A stretch of 64,000 bases of DNA. Origin: an uncultured delta proteobacterium. GTDB lineage: Bacteria > Desulfobacterota > BSN033 > UBA1163. The translations under genes and the position numbers were made by a program. Positions 37,998 through 47,784 of the stretch are shown here, piece by piece (the first letter of the stretch is position 1; every line of letters starts with the position of its first letter). The DNA lies in contig CAVTZZ010000036.1 of the NCBI GenBank assembly GCA_963739325.1, forward strand, positions 1,777 through 65,776. The letters run 5' to 3'. The notes under the pieces were generated by a model, which was given only the letters and a program-made list of their open reading frames with translations, made no database searches and was not told the DNA's origin.

Positions 37998-38498
37998 CTA
38001 TTTTTTTAGGACTTCGACGACTTCAAATTTACTGAAAAGCCATTTCTTTTCGACCTTTTTGAGGAGGGATTCAAGTTCGTGGGCCTCGTCGATATATTCT
38101 CCACTGCTCGACTTTCCTGTCACCCTGGCCGTTAAGGTAACTTTTGCGATTCCCTTATCTGGAAAGGTAATATCAAGGTCATAAAATTTCAAATCGAGTT
38201 GTGATAATGATAACCGGCCGCTGCCGGCATAACCAGAGATCTCTTCAGGCGTATAATTTCCTGAAAATGAATATGCAGGAATCTTAATTTCACAGGTTCC
38301 ATCGAAGAGCGTCCCGATATTTTTGATCTTATAGACCATGGTGATGGGGTTCTCGCCAGGCTCTTTCGAAACCCACCCCGCCAGTAGACGAAACTGCTTC
38401 TTGACCTTCTTCTCTTCACTTGGAAAGAGATAGAGGATCACCCATATTCCAACCACCACAATCAATGCACCTACGATGATCGATCTGAACTTTACCAT
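37998..38498 (-). CDS. Membrane-anchored hypothetical protein (possibly NTF2/SnoaL-like fold)
   Basis: 166 aa with an N-terminal TM helix. Overlaps the lepB stop by 7 nt, suggesting an operon. Confidence 0.4.
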   Translation of the reverse strand: MVKFRSIIVGALIVVVGIWVILYLFPSEEKKVKKQFRLLAGWVSKEPGENPITMVYKIKNIGTLFDGTCEIKIPAYSFSGNYTPEEISGYAGSGRLSLSQLDLKFYDLDITFPDKGIAKVTLTARVTGKSSSGEYIDEAHELESLLKKVEKKWLFSKFEVVEVLKK

Positions 38499-38992
38499 AA
38501 TGGCCCACCGATGATACGTTTCATGGAAGTCTGCCCAAAGAGATGATTTTCTATCGCCATATTTCGATTATCTCCCACAATATAAACATGATCTTTTTCC
38601 ACTTGTCGAGGTGGAAGGTTCCAGTGACAGGGGTAGCGAACATAAGGTTCACCCATCTCTTTCTCATTCAGGAAAAGTTTTCCATGACGAAATTCGACTC
38701 GTTCACCCTCCAATGCCACGATGCGTTTCAGAAGCATGATCTTGCTACCGGCAAACCGCACGGCGACCACGTCATATCTTTTAGGCTTTGAAAAGAGGGT
38801 GCCCCACTTCCAACAGAAATTGACACTTCCATCTCGATAAGTGGGCTCCATACTGCTTCCCTTAATGCGTATGGGAGTACAGATGTGACCGAAAAATAGA
38901 TAAGCAAAGAGTGCAACAACTGAGACTCTGATCAAGAATTTAGGAGTGAAGGAAGGAAAGAAGAATTGGCGAATCTTTTTGTTCACAACCAT
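38492..38992 (-). CDS. lepB: Signal peptidase I (S26 family)
   Basis: TM helix, then IKGSSMEPT (catalytic Ser box), LKRIVALEGE (Lys box) and YIVGDNRN. Confidence 0.8.
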   Translation of the reverse strand: MVVNKKIRQFFFPSFTPKFLIRVSVVALFAYLFFGHICTPIRIKGSSMEPTYRDGSVNFCWKWGTLFSKPKRYDVVAVRFAGSKIMLLKRIVALEGERVEFRHGKLFLNEKEMGEPYVRYPCHWNLPPRQVEKDHVYIVGDNRNMAIENHLFGQTSMKRIIGGPLW

Positions 38993-39029
38993 TTGTCAGA
39001 GACGAGCTTTCCCGTATCTCCGTACACCC

Positions 39030-39572
39030 TTACCAAGTGGGTGGGAATATTCTTTCAATCTTAGTGATCACTCCATTCTTGAAATGAATCACGGTGGTCC
39101 TTTCTCCGAGGTCGGGATCGCCAATATAATAGTACCTTTTCACCAGGACTTCCCTTTTTAAAATTCCCTTCTGAGTGAAATGACCTTCTACTTCAGTTTC
39201 ATCTTTCGTCACCTGAGTAGGTGGGCCAACCCGGCTCAAAACCTCAGCTTCGCTCATTCCCTCCGTAAGGTATATGAATTTATTAAAAGGTATGAACCCA
39301 GAAGGGGGTCGTAAGGGTGCAATCTTTGGTTTCTCCGGTTCAGCGATAGAAGGCACGGGAGTCTTTTCTGAAGGTTGCACGGGTTCATCAACACTATCCG
39401 GAACAATGATCTTTTGGATCTGATCTCTAAGTTTCTCTGGGATTTGGTACAAGTCATCGCTCAGATGAATGAGTCCTTTCTCATCAACCCATTTATAAAC
39501 CACTTCGGCTAATGCCAAGGCTGGCACCCATGGCAAAGCCAAGCAGCAGATGAATATGAGAATCCTTTTCAA
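39030..39572 (-). CDS. DUF4124-domain periplasmic protein
   Basis: Signal peptide followed by VYKWVDEKGLIHLSD, the DUF4124 signature. Pro-rich linker. 180 aa. Confidence 0.6.
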   Translation of the reverse strand: MKRILIFICCLALPWVPALALAEVVYKWVDEKGLIHLSDDLYQIPEKLRDQIQKIIVPDSVDEPVQPSEKTPVPSIAEPEKPKIAPLRPPSGFIPFNKFIYLTEGMSEAEVLSRVGPPTQVTKDETEVEGHFTQKGILKREVLVKRYYYIGDPDLGERTTVIHFKNGVITKIERIFPPTW

Positions 39573-39814
39573 CGGGCCGCTTCGTATCCTATCGTCCTCA
39601 TTTATTTATAACACCCTGAAACAAGAATGCAATGATTTTAATAGGGCAGCAATGGGGAGTTGCCTTCTCTCACTTTTCTTTGTAAGATGGAAAATACAGA
39701 AAGAGTTTACGGATGGATTTTAATCGCTTGGTTTGAAAAAGGGAATGGGATGATTTGCCCACCCGATTGATTCAGATCCCAACTGAAAATCAAAGTGATG
39801 GAGAGGAGGAATAG

Positions 39815-40390
39815 ATGTTAATGAGACCTTTTTCGATGGATCTCGATTTTAAAACAGGTGAACTGACCCCCCATGACCGAACCAACATAAGAAAGCTGAG
39901 TGATATGAAGGGAATGTTTCTCGATGCCGAGTCAGAGCGTCGAATTCTTGAAAAGGAAGACCCGATGATCTACTCTTTTAGCGAAAGGATATTACCTGAA
40001 CAGAATGGTCATCTCCAGCTCGCTACCACCTCGATTCGCCCTGGAAAGATTGGCCATGAATATTTCATGACCAAAGGCCACTACCACAAACGACCTGATA
40101 CTTCAGAGGTCTATCTGGGATTGGAAGGGGAAGGGTGCCTTTTGATTCAGACCGAGAAAGGAGATCTGGAATCCATCGACATTCGACCAGGCGTTGTGGC
40201 TTACATCCCTCCCTACTGGGGACACCGCATGGTGAATACGGGATCAACACCTTTTGTTTTCTTTGCTGTCTATCCTGGAGATGCAGGCCATAATTATGGT
40301 GATATTGAGAAAACCGGGTTTGCTAAGATCCTTATCGAAAGGAATGGGAAACCTCTTTTCATCAATAACCCAAAATGGAAAAGAGGATGA
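39815..40390 (+). CDS. pgiA: Cupin-type (archaeal-type) glucose-6-phosphate isomerase
   Basis: 191 aa. By eye it is collinear with Pyrococcus-type cPGI as I recall it: RKLSDMKGMF, EKEDPMIY, TKGHYH...SEVY, YIPPYWGHRMVNTG, YPGDAGHNYG, NNPKWK. Confidence 0.85.
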   Translation: MLMRPFSMDLDFKTGELTPHDRTNIRKLSDMKGMFLDAESERRILEKEDPMIYSFSERILPEQNGHLQLATTSIRPGKIGHEYFMTKGHYHKRPDTSEVYLGLEGEGCLLIQTEKGDLESIDIRPGVVAYIPPYWGHRMVNTGSTPFVFFAVYPGDAGHNYGDIEKTGFAKILIERNGKPLFINNPKWKRG

Positions 40391-41004
40391 AACTCGACCT
40401 TCAAAAAATTTTAAAGGAGTTAAGTGCTTATCGGGAGAGGAAGGCCGTGATAGACCCAAAGCATGTTGCTCTCCTTGTCATCGATATGCAGAACTATTTC
40501 CATCAGATTATTCAACCCGTTTTGGGCAATATCTTGGAGGCCATTCAATCCTGTCGGAAGACGAATATTCCGATTATCTTTACCCAGCATGGTCATACGG
40601 ATCCGGCCTCAGATGGAGGACTCCTTGGGAAGTGGTGGGGGCAGATGATCATTGAAGGAACAGAGGATTGGAAATTCCTTCCAGAGATCAAAATCGAACC
40701 AAAGGATATCATCCTTCCTAAGAAACGTTACAGCGCCTTCTTTGAGACCGATCTGGAAACGACTCTACGATCAAGAGGGATTCAAGACGTTATCCTCTCA
40801 GGAGTGATGACGAATCTCTGTTGCGAAACCACCGCCCGAGATGCCTTCGTGAGAGATTACCGAATCTTCTTTCTGATTGACGGGACAGCGACTGGAAGAA
40901 GTGAGCTCCACCTCGCCACCCTGAAGAACTTAGGATTTGGCTTCGCCTACCTCATTACCTGTGACGAATTGATTAAGACCTTAAGCACTTTGAGACGTTC
41001 CTGA
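40375..41004 (+). CDS. Isochorismatase-family cysteine hydrolase
   Basis: ALLVIDMQNYF, FTQHGH, and GVMTNLCCETTARDA (catalytic Cys). Overlaps the pgiA end by 16 nt. Confidence 0.8.
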   Translation: MEKRMKLDLQKILKELSAYRERKAVIDPKHVALLVIDMQNYFHQIIQPVLGNILEAIQSCRKTNIPIIFTQHGHTDPASDGGLLGKWWGQMIIEGTEDWKFLPEIKIEPKDIILPKKRYSAFFETDLETTLRSRGIQDVILSGVMTNLCCETTARDAFVRDYRIFFLIDGTATGRSELHLATLKNLGFGFAYLITCDELIKTLSTLRRS

Positions 41005-41119
41005 AAACAGTTTCATTCCAATTTGGACTCTTCAAGTCTCTTCTTTCTGGGAAAGAAGACCAAGGCCTGCAGGTACACTTGCCCGTTTAAGAACCGTCTT
41101 CCTTTTACTCCGCAAGCGA

Positions 41120-42463
41120 TCAACCCTTCTCAACCTTCCTTAGAACCTCCTCTAAGATCGTGAGGGCAATATCCGCTTCTCTCTGGGTCATAATCAAAGG
41201 CGGGCTAATGCGGATCACATTCTCTCCGCATCCTAAGATAAGGAGCCCCTTTTCGAAACAGCCTTGAATGACCGCATTCCTCTCTTCGATTGCCTTCTTC
41301 TTTGTTTTCCTATCCTTGACCATTTCGATTCCAATCATCAACCCCTTTCCCCTCACATCGCCAATCAGACGAAATTGTTTTTGGAAATCTCTCAGATTTT
41401 TGAGAAGGTACTCCCCCTGTAGGATGGCATTTTGGATAAGTCCTTCTTCAAGAAGTTCGATCGTTGTCAGGGCAGCTTGGCAACTGATGGGATTGCCACC
41501 GAACGTGCTTGCATGAGAGCCGCGCACCCAATCCATCACCTCGCTTTGAGAGACCATGGCTCCCAGTGGCATTCCAGAGGCGATTCCTTTTGCCAAGGCA
41601 AAGATATCGGGTATGACACCCCAGTGTTCAATGGCCATCATCTTCCCGGTTCGTCCCATTCCACTCTGAACCTCATCGGCTACGAAAAGAATCCCGAATT
41701 CCTTTGCCAGGTCATAGAGTTTTTTGTGAAACTCTGGGGGAGGAACGACATATCCACCTTCTCCTTGAATGGGTTCCACAAAAATGGCGGCAACCTCCTC
41801 TGGAGGAATGCTCCGTTTGAAGAGGTCTTCACGAATCCACTCCACGCAGGCAAGACTGCATTCCGGGTATTCGTGCTGATGATAAGGACAGCGATAGCAA
41901 TAGGGGTAAGGGACGTGTGTCACTCCGGGAAGAAGGGGGGAAAACCCTTTCTCGAAAATTGCTTTGCTTGCCGTTAAAGAGAGAGCGCCCATGGTACGTC
42001 CATGGAAGGCTCCGAGGAAGGCCAAAATGAAGGGTCGTCTTGTATGAAACCTCGCCAGCTTGAGGGCAGCCTCAATGGCCTCTGCTCCAGAATTCCCGAA
42101 GAAAACCTTCTTCTCTTTTGGCCCGGGAGTGATCTCGGCTAATTTGGCAGCAAGGGTAGACTGCGCCTCATAGTAGAAATCGCTGCCTGACATATGGATG
42201 AGTTGTTCGGCCTGACGATGAATGGCCTCTACCACCTTTGGATGGCAGTGGCCAGTATTGCAGACAGCTATCCCTGAATTAAAATCGAGGAATCGATTTC
42301 CATCGACATCCTCTACCCACATCCCTTTGGCCTTTTTAACCACCAAGGGATAGACTCGGGTATAGGATTGAGAAACGAATTCTTGATCCCTCTCGAGGAC
42401 CCTCTTTGCGCAAGGTCCGGGAAGTTCTGTAAGGATGGAAGGAATCTGTTCAAATTTTTTCAT
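41120..42463 (-). CDS. Class III pyridoxal-phosphate aminotransferase (GABA/acetylornithine type)
   Basis: 447 aa with NSGAEAIEAALKLAR, FVADEVQSGMGRTGK, and ALAKGIASGMPLGA (PLP Lys). Confidence 0.88.
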   Translation of the reverse strand: MKKFEQIPSILTELPGPCAKRVLERDQEFVSQSYTRVYPLVVKKAKGMWVEDVDGNRFLDFNSGIAVCNTGHCHPKVVEAIHRQAEQLIHMSGSDFYYEAQSTLAAKLAEITPGPKEKKVFFGNSGAEAIEAALKLARFHTRRPFILAFLGAFHGRTMGALSLTASKAIFEKGFSPLLPGVTHVPYPYCYRCPYHQHEYPECSLACVEWIREDLFKRSIPPEEVAAIFVEPIQGEGGYVVPPPEFHKKLYDLAKEFGILFVADEVQSGMGRTGKMMAIEHWGVIPDIFALAKGIASGMPLGAMVSQSEVMDWVRGSHASTFGGNPISCQAALTTIELLEEGLIQNAILQGEYLLKNLRDFQKQFRLIGDVRGKGLMIGIEMVKDRKTKKKAIEERNAVIQGCFEKGLLILGCGENVIRISPPLIMTQREADIALTILEEVLRKVEKG

Positions 42464-42641
42464 AGAAAATCCTTTTTTGAATATATTTTGTTTTTATAGT
42501 CAAGTCACGGCTCTCTTCCCCCTTAAAGGTTGAAGATTACCCTCGGTCCCAAGACATGGGTACTGTCAAAGGCCCAATGCAATTCTATCTACTCTTTTTA
42601 TATATTATATATCTCTTTTGGTTTGAATGAAAACAAGAAAA

Positions 42642-42664
42642 GCCCATTTTTTTCAGAATGGGCC
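42642..42664 (-). terminator. Rho-independent terminator after rex
   Basis: On the minus strand, GGCCCATT-N8-AATGGGC is followed by TTTTCTTGTTTTC. Confidence 0.6.
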
Positions 42665-42684
42665 TTCTTACCCCAATCTACTCT

Positions 42685-43327
42685 TTATGGGTTTGATAAA
42701 AGGTAGGCCAGATTGTCAAGGATGGTGGTGAAAAAGACATCTTTCACCACAAATCCATCTGGGACTGTAATCTGTACCGGCGCAAAGTTTAGAATTCCTC
42801 TTATTTCTGCATCGACCAAGAGATCGGCTACACTCTGAGCCTCTAAAGGAGGAGCTGCAATGAGACCGATTTCGATCTTCCTTTCTTTCGCTACTTCCTT
42901 GAGTCGATTGATGTGAAGGACCTCCACGGGTTTGCCCAACTTTTCCGAAACCCTCCCGATCACTTTTGGAGGATCGATATCAAATGCCGCCACGATCTTA
43001 TAATTCTGTTTTAGAAAATCCTTGTAGGAGAGGAGGGCAGAGCCCAAATTTCCAACACCGATGAGGGCCATCCTCCACTCTTTGTTCAATCCCAATATCC
43101 GTCTAATATCGGAGAGTAGGTCTTTTACATAATACCCTACACCTCGAACTCCAAACTCACCGAAATAAGCCAAGTCTTTTCTCACCTGAGCGGCATTCAC
43201 CATGCATCTGTTGGCTAATTGCGCAGAAGAAACGACCTTTTCCCCCTTTTCATCCATCTGTTCCAAACACCTTGCATATCTCGATAATCTCCGAATGGTC
43301 GCTTCTGGAATCTTTAGAATACTTCAA
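42685..43327 (-). CDS. rex: Redox-sensing transcriptional repressor Rex; the 5' end needs a 1-nt frame correction near 43312 (or a non-canonical start)
   Basis: VSSAQLANRCMVNAAQVRKDLAYFGEFGVRGVGY (wHTH) and ALIGVGNLGSAL (Rossmann). The in-frame upstream codons read SILKIPEATIRRLSRYARCLEQ but have no start codon. A TTG at 43327 gives MKYSK in the adjacent frame, and joining the two yields MKYSK-IPEATIRRL, the canonical Rex N-terminus. Confidence 0.85.
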
Positions 43328-43329
43328 TT

Positions 43330-43347
43330 TTGTGACTCCCTTCACAA
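43330..43347. promoter_or_regulatory. Rex operator (ROP box) immediately upstream of rex
   Basis: TTGTGACTCCCTTCACAA compared with the published consensus TTGTGAA-N4-TTCACAA: 1 mismatch. A putative promoter on the minus strand has -35 TTGACA (43384-43389), a 17-nt spacer and -10 TAAATT (43361-43366), which places the box just downstream of the start site. Confidence 0.65.
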
Positions 43348-43438
43348 GATATTTGAAAAAAATTTAATAAATTCTCAATTCTTTGTCAAGCTTTCTGTTT
43401 ATATTAAAAAATCCCATTTAAATCCAACTCTTACGTTC

Positions 43439-45574
43439 CTACTTCTTTTTGGCCAACTGTTTGATCGCTTCATCCAATCGATTATTTGCAAATTCTAATA
43501 ACTCTTCTGTATATTCGAGGTTATGGACGCCTTTCCCATTCTTCGCCAGATTATAATTAAATTCTGCCTCTCCAAACAATTTCCGATAGACAAAAGTATG
43601 TCCTCTTCGGCGATCAATCTTCTCTATCTCTTCACGGACACGATCGATCTTAGGGGCCACCTTCTTCAATAAATCCTCAGTAACCGTTTTCCACCGGACG
43701 ACCATCTCCCCATAACTCTGGTCATGACATTCGATACAACGTTTCTTAATCGCATCGAAGGTGTCCCTCTTTTTGCTACTTATACCACGATGACAATCGA
43801 TACATTCAACAACATCGAGCTTATTGCTCGGTCTCTCTTTAACACCAATGCCTCCCTTTCCCTGAACCAGTCTTTTAACAGAGACATGGCAGTCTTCACA
43901 TTTGACTTTCTTTCCCACTTTTCCATGATGGCATTCTGCACAATTCTTCTGAAATGTCTTTCCGTGGTTTTCGCGTGGGGAATGGCAGTCGGAACATCTC
44001 ATCCCGTGGCCTGCTACATGGGTGTCATGGGAAAATTTAGTATCGTTGAAGGGAACGGTCCGCCTCTCCATTCCAACATGGCAGAGGGATGTACAGGTTA
44101 AATGAGTCTTGAACTCCCGAGACTTGTAACCTTTATCGATTGCCGCCAGAGCTTGTTCGGTCTTATTATTAGCCGCATTGAGGAGTTTGAAGGCATATTC
44201 AATGTTATGAGTGCCTTTACCCAACAGGACAAAGCTGTAATTGTGGCGTGCCTCATTGAGAAGGTTTTGGGCTTTTTTGAACTCCGTGGCCTCCCCTTTA
44301 TTTCTCTCAAGATCGTATAACATCTTCTGAACATTAAAGATCCGTTGATCGGTCTCATTCTGCGCTTTTGAAAGAAGGGCTTTCCAATGTTTCAAGGTAT
44401 CATCAAACCCTTCACCATGGCAATCCACACAGGCTTTCCCGATTGCCATTTCCATATATTTTGTGGTATGAAGTGCAGCCTGACTCTCTTCACCCTTTCG
44501 ATGGCAGGCGATACAGTCGACGTTGGTGATAAACATCAGACTGGGAGAGTCAGGAACTCCAATCCCCCCTCTCCCACGGTATAACTCTCCTGGCCCCAAA
44601 TGGGTCTCCTGGCTATGGCACTTATCACAACTCGATGGGGCAGGATGAATAGTTGGAATCGTCCCAATCTCATGTCGGAGCGGGGTGTGGCAATCGGTGC
44701 ATTCGATCTTATGGTCAGTGACATGATTCTTGTGCATGAATTGAGAGGTATACTTGGTGCTCAGTATCTCTGGTTCATTATGACACTGGACACATTTTCC
44801 TTCCGGAACATGTCCATCCCCTTGAACAACACTAAGATGGCATTTCTCACAGGTAACCCCTCTTTCAATATACTTCCGATGATTGAAACTCCATCCATCA
44901 ATTTTAATATCTCCTTGTGGTGCGAAGTGACAAGAGGTGCAACTCCCTACAGCACATGAAAGGCACTCCCCTTCCCCTTTGGGACCAGCCTTGTAGTAGT
45001 GGCAGATGAAACAGTTGGTTTCATGAACGGTGAGGTGCACTCCCTGAACGAGCTGGGCGTGACAGGAGGTGCATCGAAGTTCCATCCCCCTTCTCAACTC
45101 ACCTAAATGTTTTCTGTGTGAGAATGCAACATTCTTATAAATCATATCCTTTTGTAGATCATCGACCCTGTGACAACCTTTTTGGAGGCAACTCGCATCA
45201 CTGATCTCTGCATGGGGCCTCTCTGGCGTCTTGCCAGAAATGAAATAAGCTACTGATACCTGGCCATCCACCCATTTGCCCTTCAGATGATTGAAAAAAC
45301 CAGGCTCATAGTGACATTTCGTACAGTTCACATGCTTATGACTTGAGGCCCTCCATGATGCCATATAAGTATTCATCTGGTGGCAAAGGCCACAAAAGGT
45401 TGGACTCTCTGAAAATTTAAGTAAAACTGCAGAGATAACAAGAAAGGAAATGATGCAGAAAACAAGTAAGACCTTTATTGCTTTTAGGTGGGTTTGGGTC
45501 CCTCTCTTTAACGCTTTAAAAAAATCGATCCAAAGGATTTTGACTAAATGATAATAATTTTTCAATTTCTCCAT
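43439..45574 (-). CDS. Membrane-anchored multihaem cytochrome c, NapC/NirT-type N-terminus, 16 CxxCH + CX4CH + CX3CH (paralogue B)
   Basis: 711 aa. One TM helix, then SPTFCGLCH...CTKCH. I counted 16 canonical CxxCH, plus CLQKGCH and CTSLCH. Two internal helical modules end in GxHNxEY. Confidence 0.9.
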   Translation of the reverse strand: MEKLKNYYHLVKILWIDFFKALKRGTQTHLKAIKVLLVFCIISFLVISAVLLKFSESPTFCGLCHQMNTYMASWRASSHKHVNCTKCHYEPGFFNHLKGKWVDGQVSVAYFISGKTPERPHAEISDASCLQKGCHRVDDLQKDMIYKNVAFSHRKHLGELRRGMELRCTSCHAQLVQGVHLTVHETNCFICHYYKAGPKGEGECLSCAVGSCTSCHFAPQGDIKIDGWSFNHRKYIERGVTCEKCHLSVVQGDGHVPEGKCVQCHNEPEILSTKYTSQFMHKNHVTDHKIECTDCHTPLRHEIGTIPTIHPAPSSCDKCHSQETHLGPGELYRGRGGIGVPDSPSLMFITNVDCIACHRKGEESQAALHTTKYMEMAIGKACVDCHGEGFDDTLKHWKALLSKAQNETDQRIFNVQKMLYDLERNKGEATEFKKAQNLLNEARHNYSFVLLGKGTHNIEYAFKLLNAANNKTEQALAAIDKGYKSREFKTHLTCTSLCHVGMERRTVPFNDTKFSHDTHVAGHGMRCSDCHSPRENHGKTFQKNCAECHHGKVGKKVKCEDCHVSVKRLVQGKGGIGVKERPSNKLDVVECIDCHRGISSKKRDTFDAIKKRCIECHDQSYGEMVVRWKTVTEDLLKKVAPKIDRVREEIEKIDRRRGHTFVYRKLFGEAEFNYNLAKNGKGVHNLEYTEELLEFANNRLDEAIKQLAKKK

Positions 45575-45667
45575 AAAACATACTTGCTCCAGACAAATAT
45601 TTTAACGACTTTTTATAAATGATCCCATGGAGTATTTCAAGTTGAATAGGGATTATAATTTGGAGAG

Positions 45668-47764
45668 CTACTTCTTTTTGGCCAACTCTTTGATAGCCTC
45701 ATCCAATCGATGATTAGCAAACTCCAATAATTCTTCTGTATATTCCAGGTTATGGACGCCTTTCCCATTCTTAGCTAAATTGTAATTAAATTCTGCCTCT
45801 CCGAATAATTTCCGGTAGACAAAAGTATGTCCTCTCCGGTGATCAATTTTTTCTATCTCTTCCCTGACACGATCGATTTTAGGGACCACCCTCTTTAATA
45901 AATCCTCAGAGGCCGTTTTCCACCGGACGACCATCTCACCATAACTCTGGTCATGGCATTCGATACAACGTTTCTTAATCGCATCGAATGGGTCTCTCTT
46001 TTTGGCACTCACGCCACGATGGCAATCGATACATTCGACCACATCGAGCTTATTGCTTGGCTTCTCCTTGACGCCGATGCCCCCTTTCCCTTGAACCAAT
46101 CTTTTGACCGAGACATGGCAGTCTTCGCATTTGACCTTTTTGATCTCCTTCCCGTGATGGCATTCAGCACAATTCTTCATAAACGTTTTGCCATGATTTT
46201 CACGGGGAGCATGACAGTCAGAACACTTCAGCCCTTTGCCTGCACTGTGGGTTTCATGAGAAAATTTGATGTCGTTAAAAGGGACGGTCCGCTTCTCTAT
46301 CCCAACATGGCAGAGGGTCGTACAGGTCATCTGGGTTTGAAATTCCTTTGGCTTATAATTTTTGTCGATAGCCGCGAGAGCCTGTTCAGTCTTATTGTTC
46401 GTCGCATTGAGGAGTTTGAATGCATATTCGATATTGTGAACGCCCTTCCCCAAAAGAACAAAGTTGTAATTGTGACGGGCTTCGTTGAGAAGATTTTGGG
46501 CCTTTTTGAACTCCGCGGACCCCCCTTTATTCTTCTCAAAATTGTATAACACCTTCTGAACATTAAAGATCCGTTGATCAGTCTCATTCTGTGCTTTTGA
46601 AAGGAGCGCCTTCCAATGCTTCAGTGTATCATCGTATCCCTCACCATGACAGTCCACACAGGCTTCCCCTATCGCCCTTTCAACATATTGGGTGGTATGG
46701 AGAGCAGCTTCACTCTCCTCACCCGTTCGATGGCAGGCAATACAATCCACATTCGTCGTAAACATAAGGCTTGGGGAGTCAGGAACTCCAATCCCCCCAC
46801 TCCCGCGGTATAACTCTCTCGGCCCCAAATGGATTTCCTTACTGTGGCACTTGTCACAATGGGTGGGAGAATGAACAAAGGTGAGAATCGGTCCGATCTC
46901 ATGACGAATGTAAGTGTGGCAATCTGCGCATTCGATCTTGTGGTCGGTGACATGATTCTTATGCATGAATTGAGAAGTGTATTTGGGGCTTAGTCCTTCA
47001 GGTTCCTTATGGCACTGGAGACACTTTCCTTCAGGGACATGGCCATCCCCTTTAACGACATTGATATGACACTTTTCACATGCCACCCCTCTTGCAATAT
47101 ATTTCCGATGATTGAAGCTCCAGCCTTTGACATTAATATCCCCTTTGGGCTCAATGTGGCAAGATGAACAATCACCTACGGCACACGAAATGCACTCTTC
47201 TTCCCCTCTTGGACCAGCTTGATAGAAGTGACAGACAAAACAGTTAGTTTCGTGAACAGTGAGATGGGCTCCCTGGACGAGCTGAGCATGGCAGGTGGTA
47301 CACCGGAGTTTCATTCCTCTCCTCAACTCGCCCAGATGTTTCCCATGGGGAAAGTTTACATTCTTAAATATCATATCCCTTTTTAGGTCTTCGCTTTTAT
47401 GACACCCTTTTTGCAAACAATTACCATCATCAATTTCATAATGGAGTTTCTTTATGCCTTTCCCGATAATGATATAAGTCAATGCGAGTTGGAGATCTTC
47501 CTTTTTTCCTTTGAGATGATTCAAAATACCTGGCCTGCGGTGACAACTGAGGCAGGCCACTTCATTGTGCGAGGAGGTTTCCCAAGACTCGACATATTCC
47601 TTCATATTGTGACATAGGCCACAAAATGATGGGCTTTCTGAATATTTAAAAATTCCTGCAAAAAATACTAACAAAAGCAAAAAAAGAAGGCCATAAAGAG
47701 CCTTCTTTTTACCTTTATAAAACCATTGCATTATCCTAAGTGGAAGGCTTAATAAAGGATTCAT
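45668..47764 (-). CDS. Membrane-anchored multihaem cytochrome c, NapC/NirT-type N-terminus, 16 CxxCH + CX4CH + CX3CH (paralogue A)
   Basis: Same architecture as 43439-45574. The start is placed at MNPLLSL (47764) because the longer ORF (to 47821) would overlap the upstream gene. Confidence 0.9.
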   Translation of the reverse strand: MNPLLSLPLRIMQWFYKGKKKALYGLLFLLLLVFFAGIFKYSESPSFCGLCHNMKEYVESWETSSHNEVACLSCHRRPGILNHLKGKKEDLQLALTYIIIGKGIKKLHYEIDDGNCLQKGCHKSEDLKRDMIFKNVNFPHGKHLGELRRGMKLRCTTCHAQLVQGAHLTVHETNCFVCHFYQAGPRGEEECISCAVGDCSSCHIEPKGDINVKGWSFNHRKYIARGVACEKCHINVVKGDGHVPEGKCLQCHKEPEGLSPKYTSQFMHKNHVTDHKIECADCHTYIRHEIGPILTFVHSPTHCDKCHSKEIHLGPRELYRGSGGIGVPDSPSLMFTTNVDCIACHRTGEESEAALHTTQYVERAIGEACVDCHGEGYDDTLKHWKALLSKAQNETDQRIFNVQKVLYNFEKNKGGSAEFKKAQNLLNEARHNYNFVLLGKGVHNIEYAFKLLNATNNKTEQALAAIDKNYKPKEFQTQMTCTTLCHVGIEKRTVPFNDIKFSHETHSAGKGLKCSDCHAPRENHGKTFMKNCAECHHGKEIKKVKCEDCHVSVKRLVQGKGGIGVKEKPSNKLDVVECIDCHRGVSAKKRDPFDAIKKRCIECHDQSYGEMVVRWKTASEDLLKRVVPKIDRVREEIEKIDHRRGHTFVYRKLFGEAEFNYNLAKNGKGVHNLEYTEELLEFANHRLDEAIKELAKKK

Positions 47765-47784
47765 CTTAAGTTTTTTGTAAAAAA

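Noticed and set aside
45953-46549. 198-aa plus-strand ORF (and its twin at 43724-44101) inside the 16-haem cytochrome genes
   Set aside because: It is antisense to frames with 16 perfectly spaced CxxCH motifs. Its duplication merely mirrors the gene duplication.
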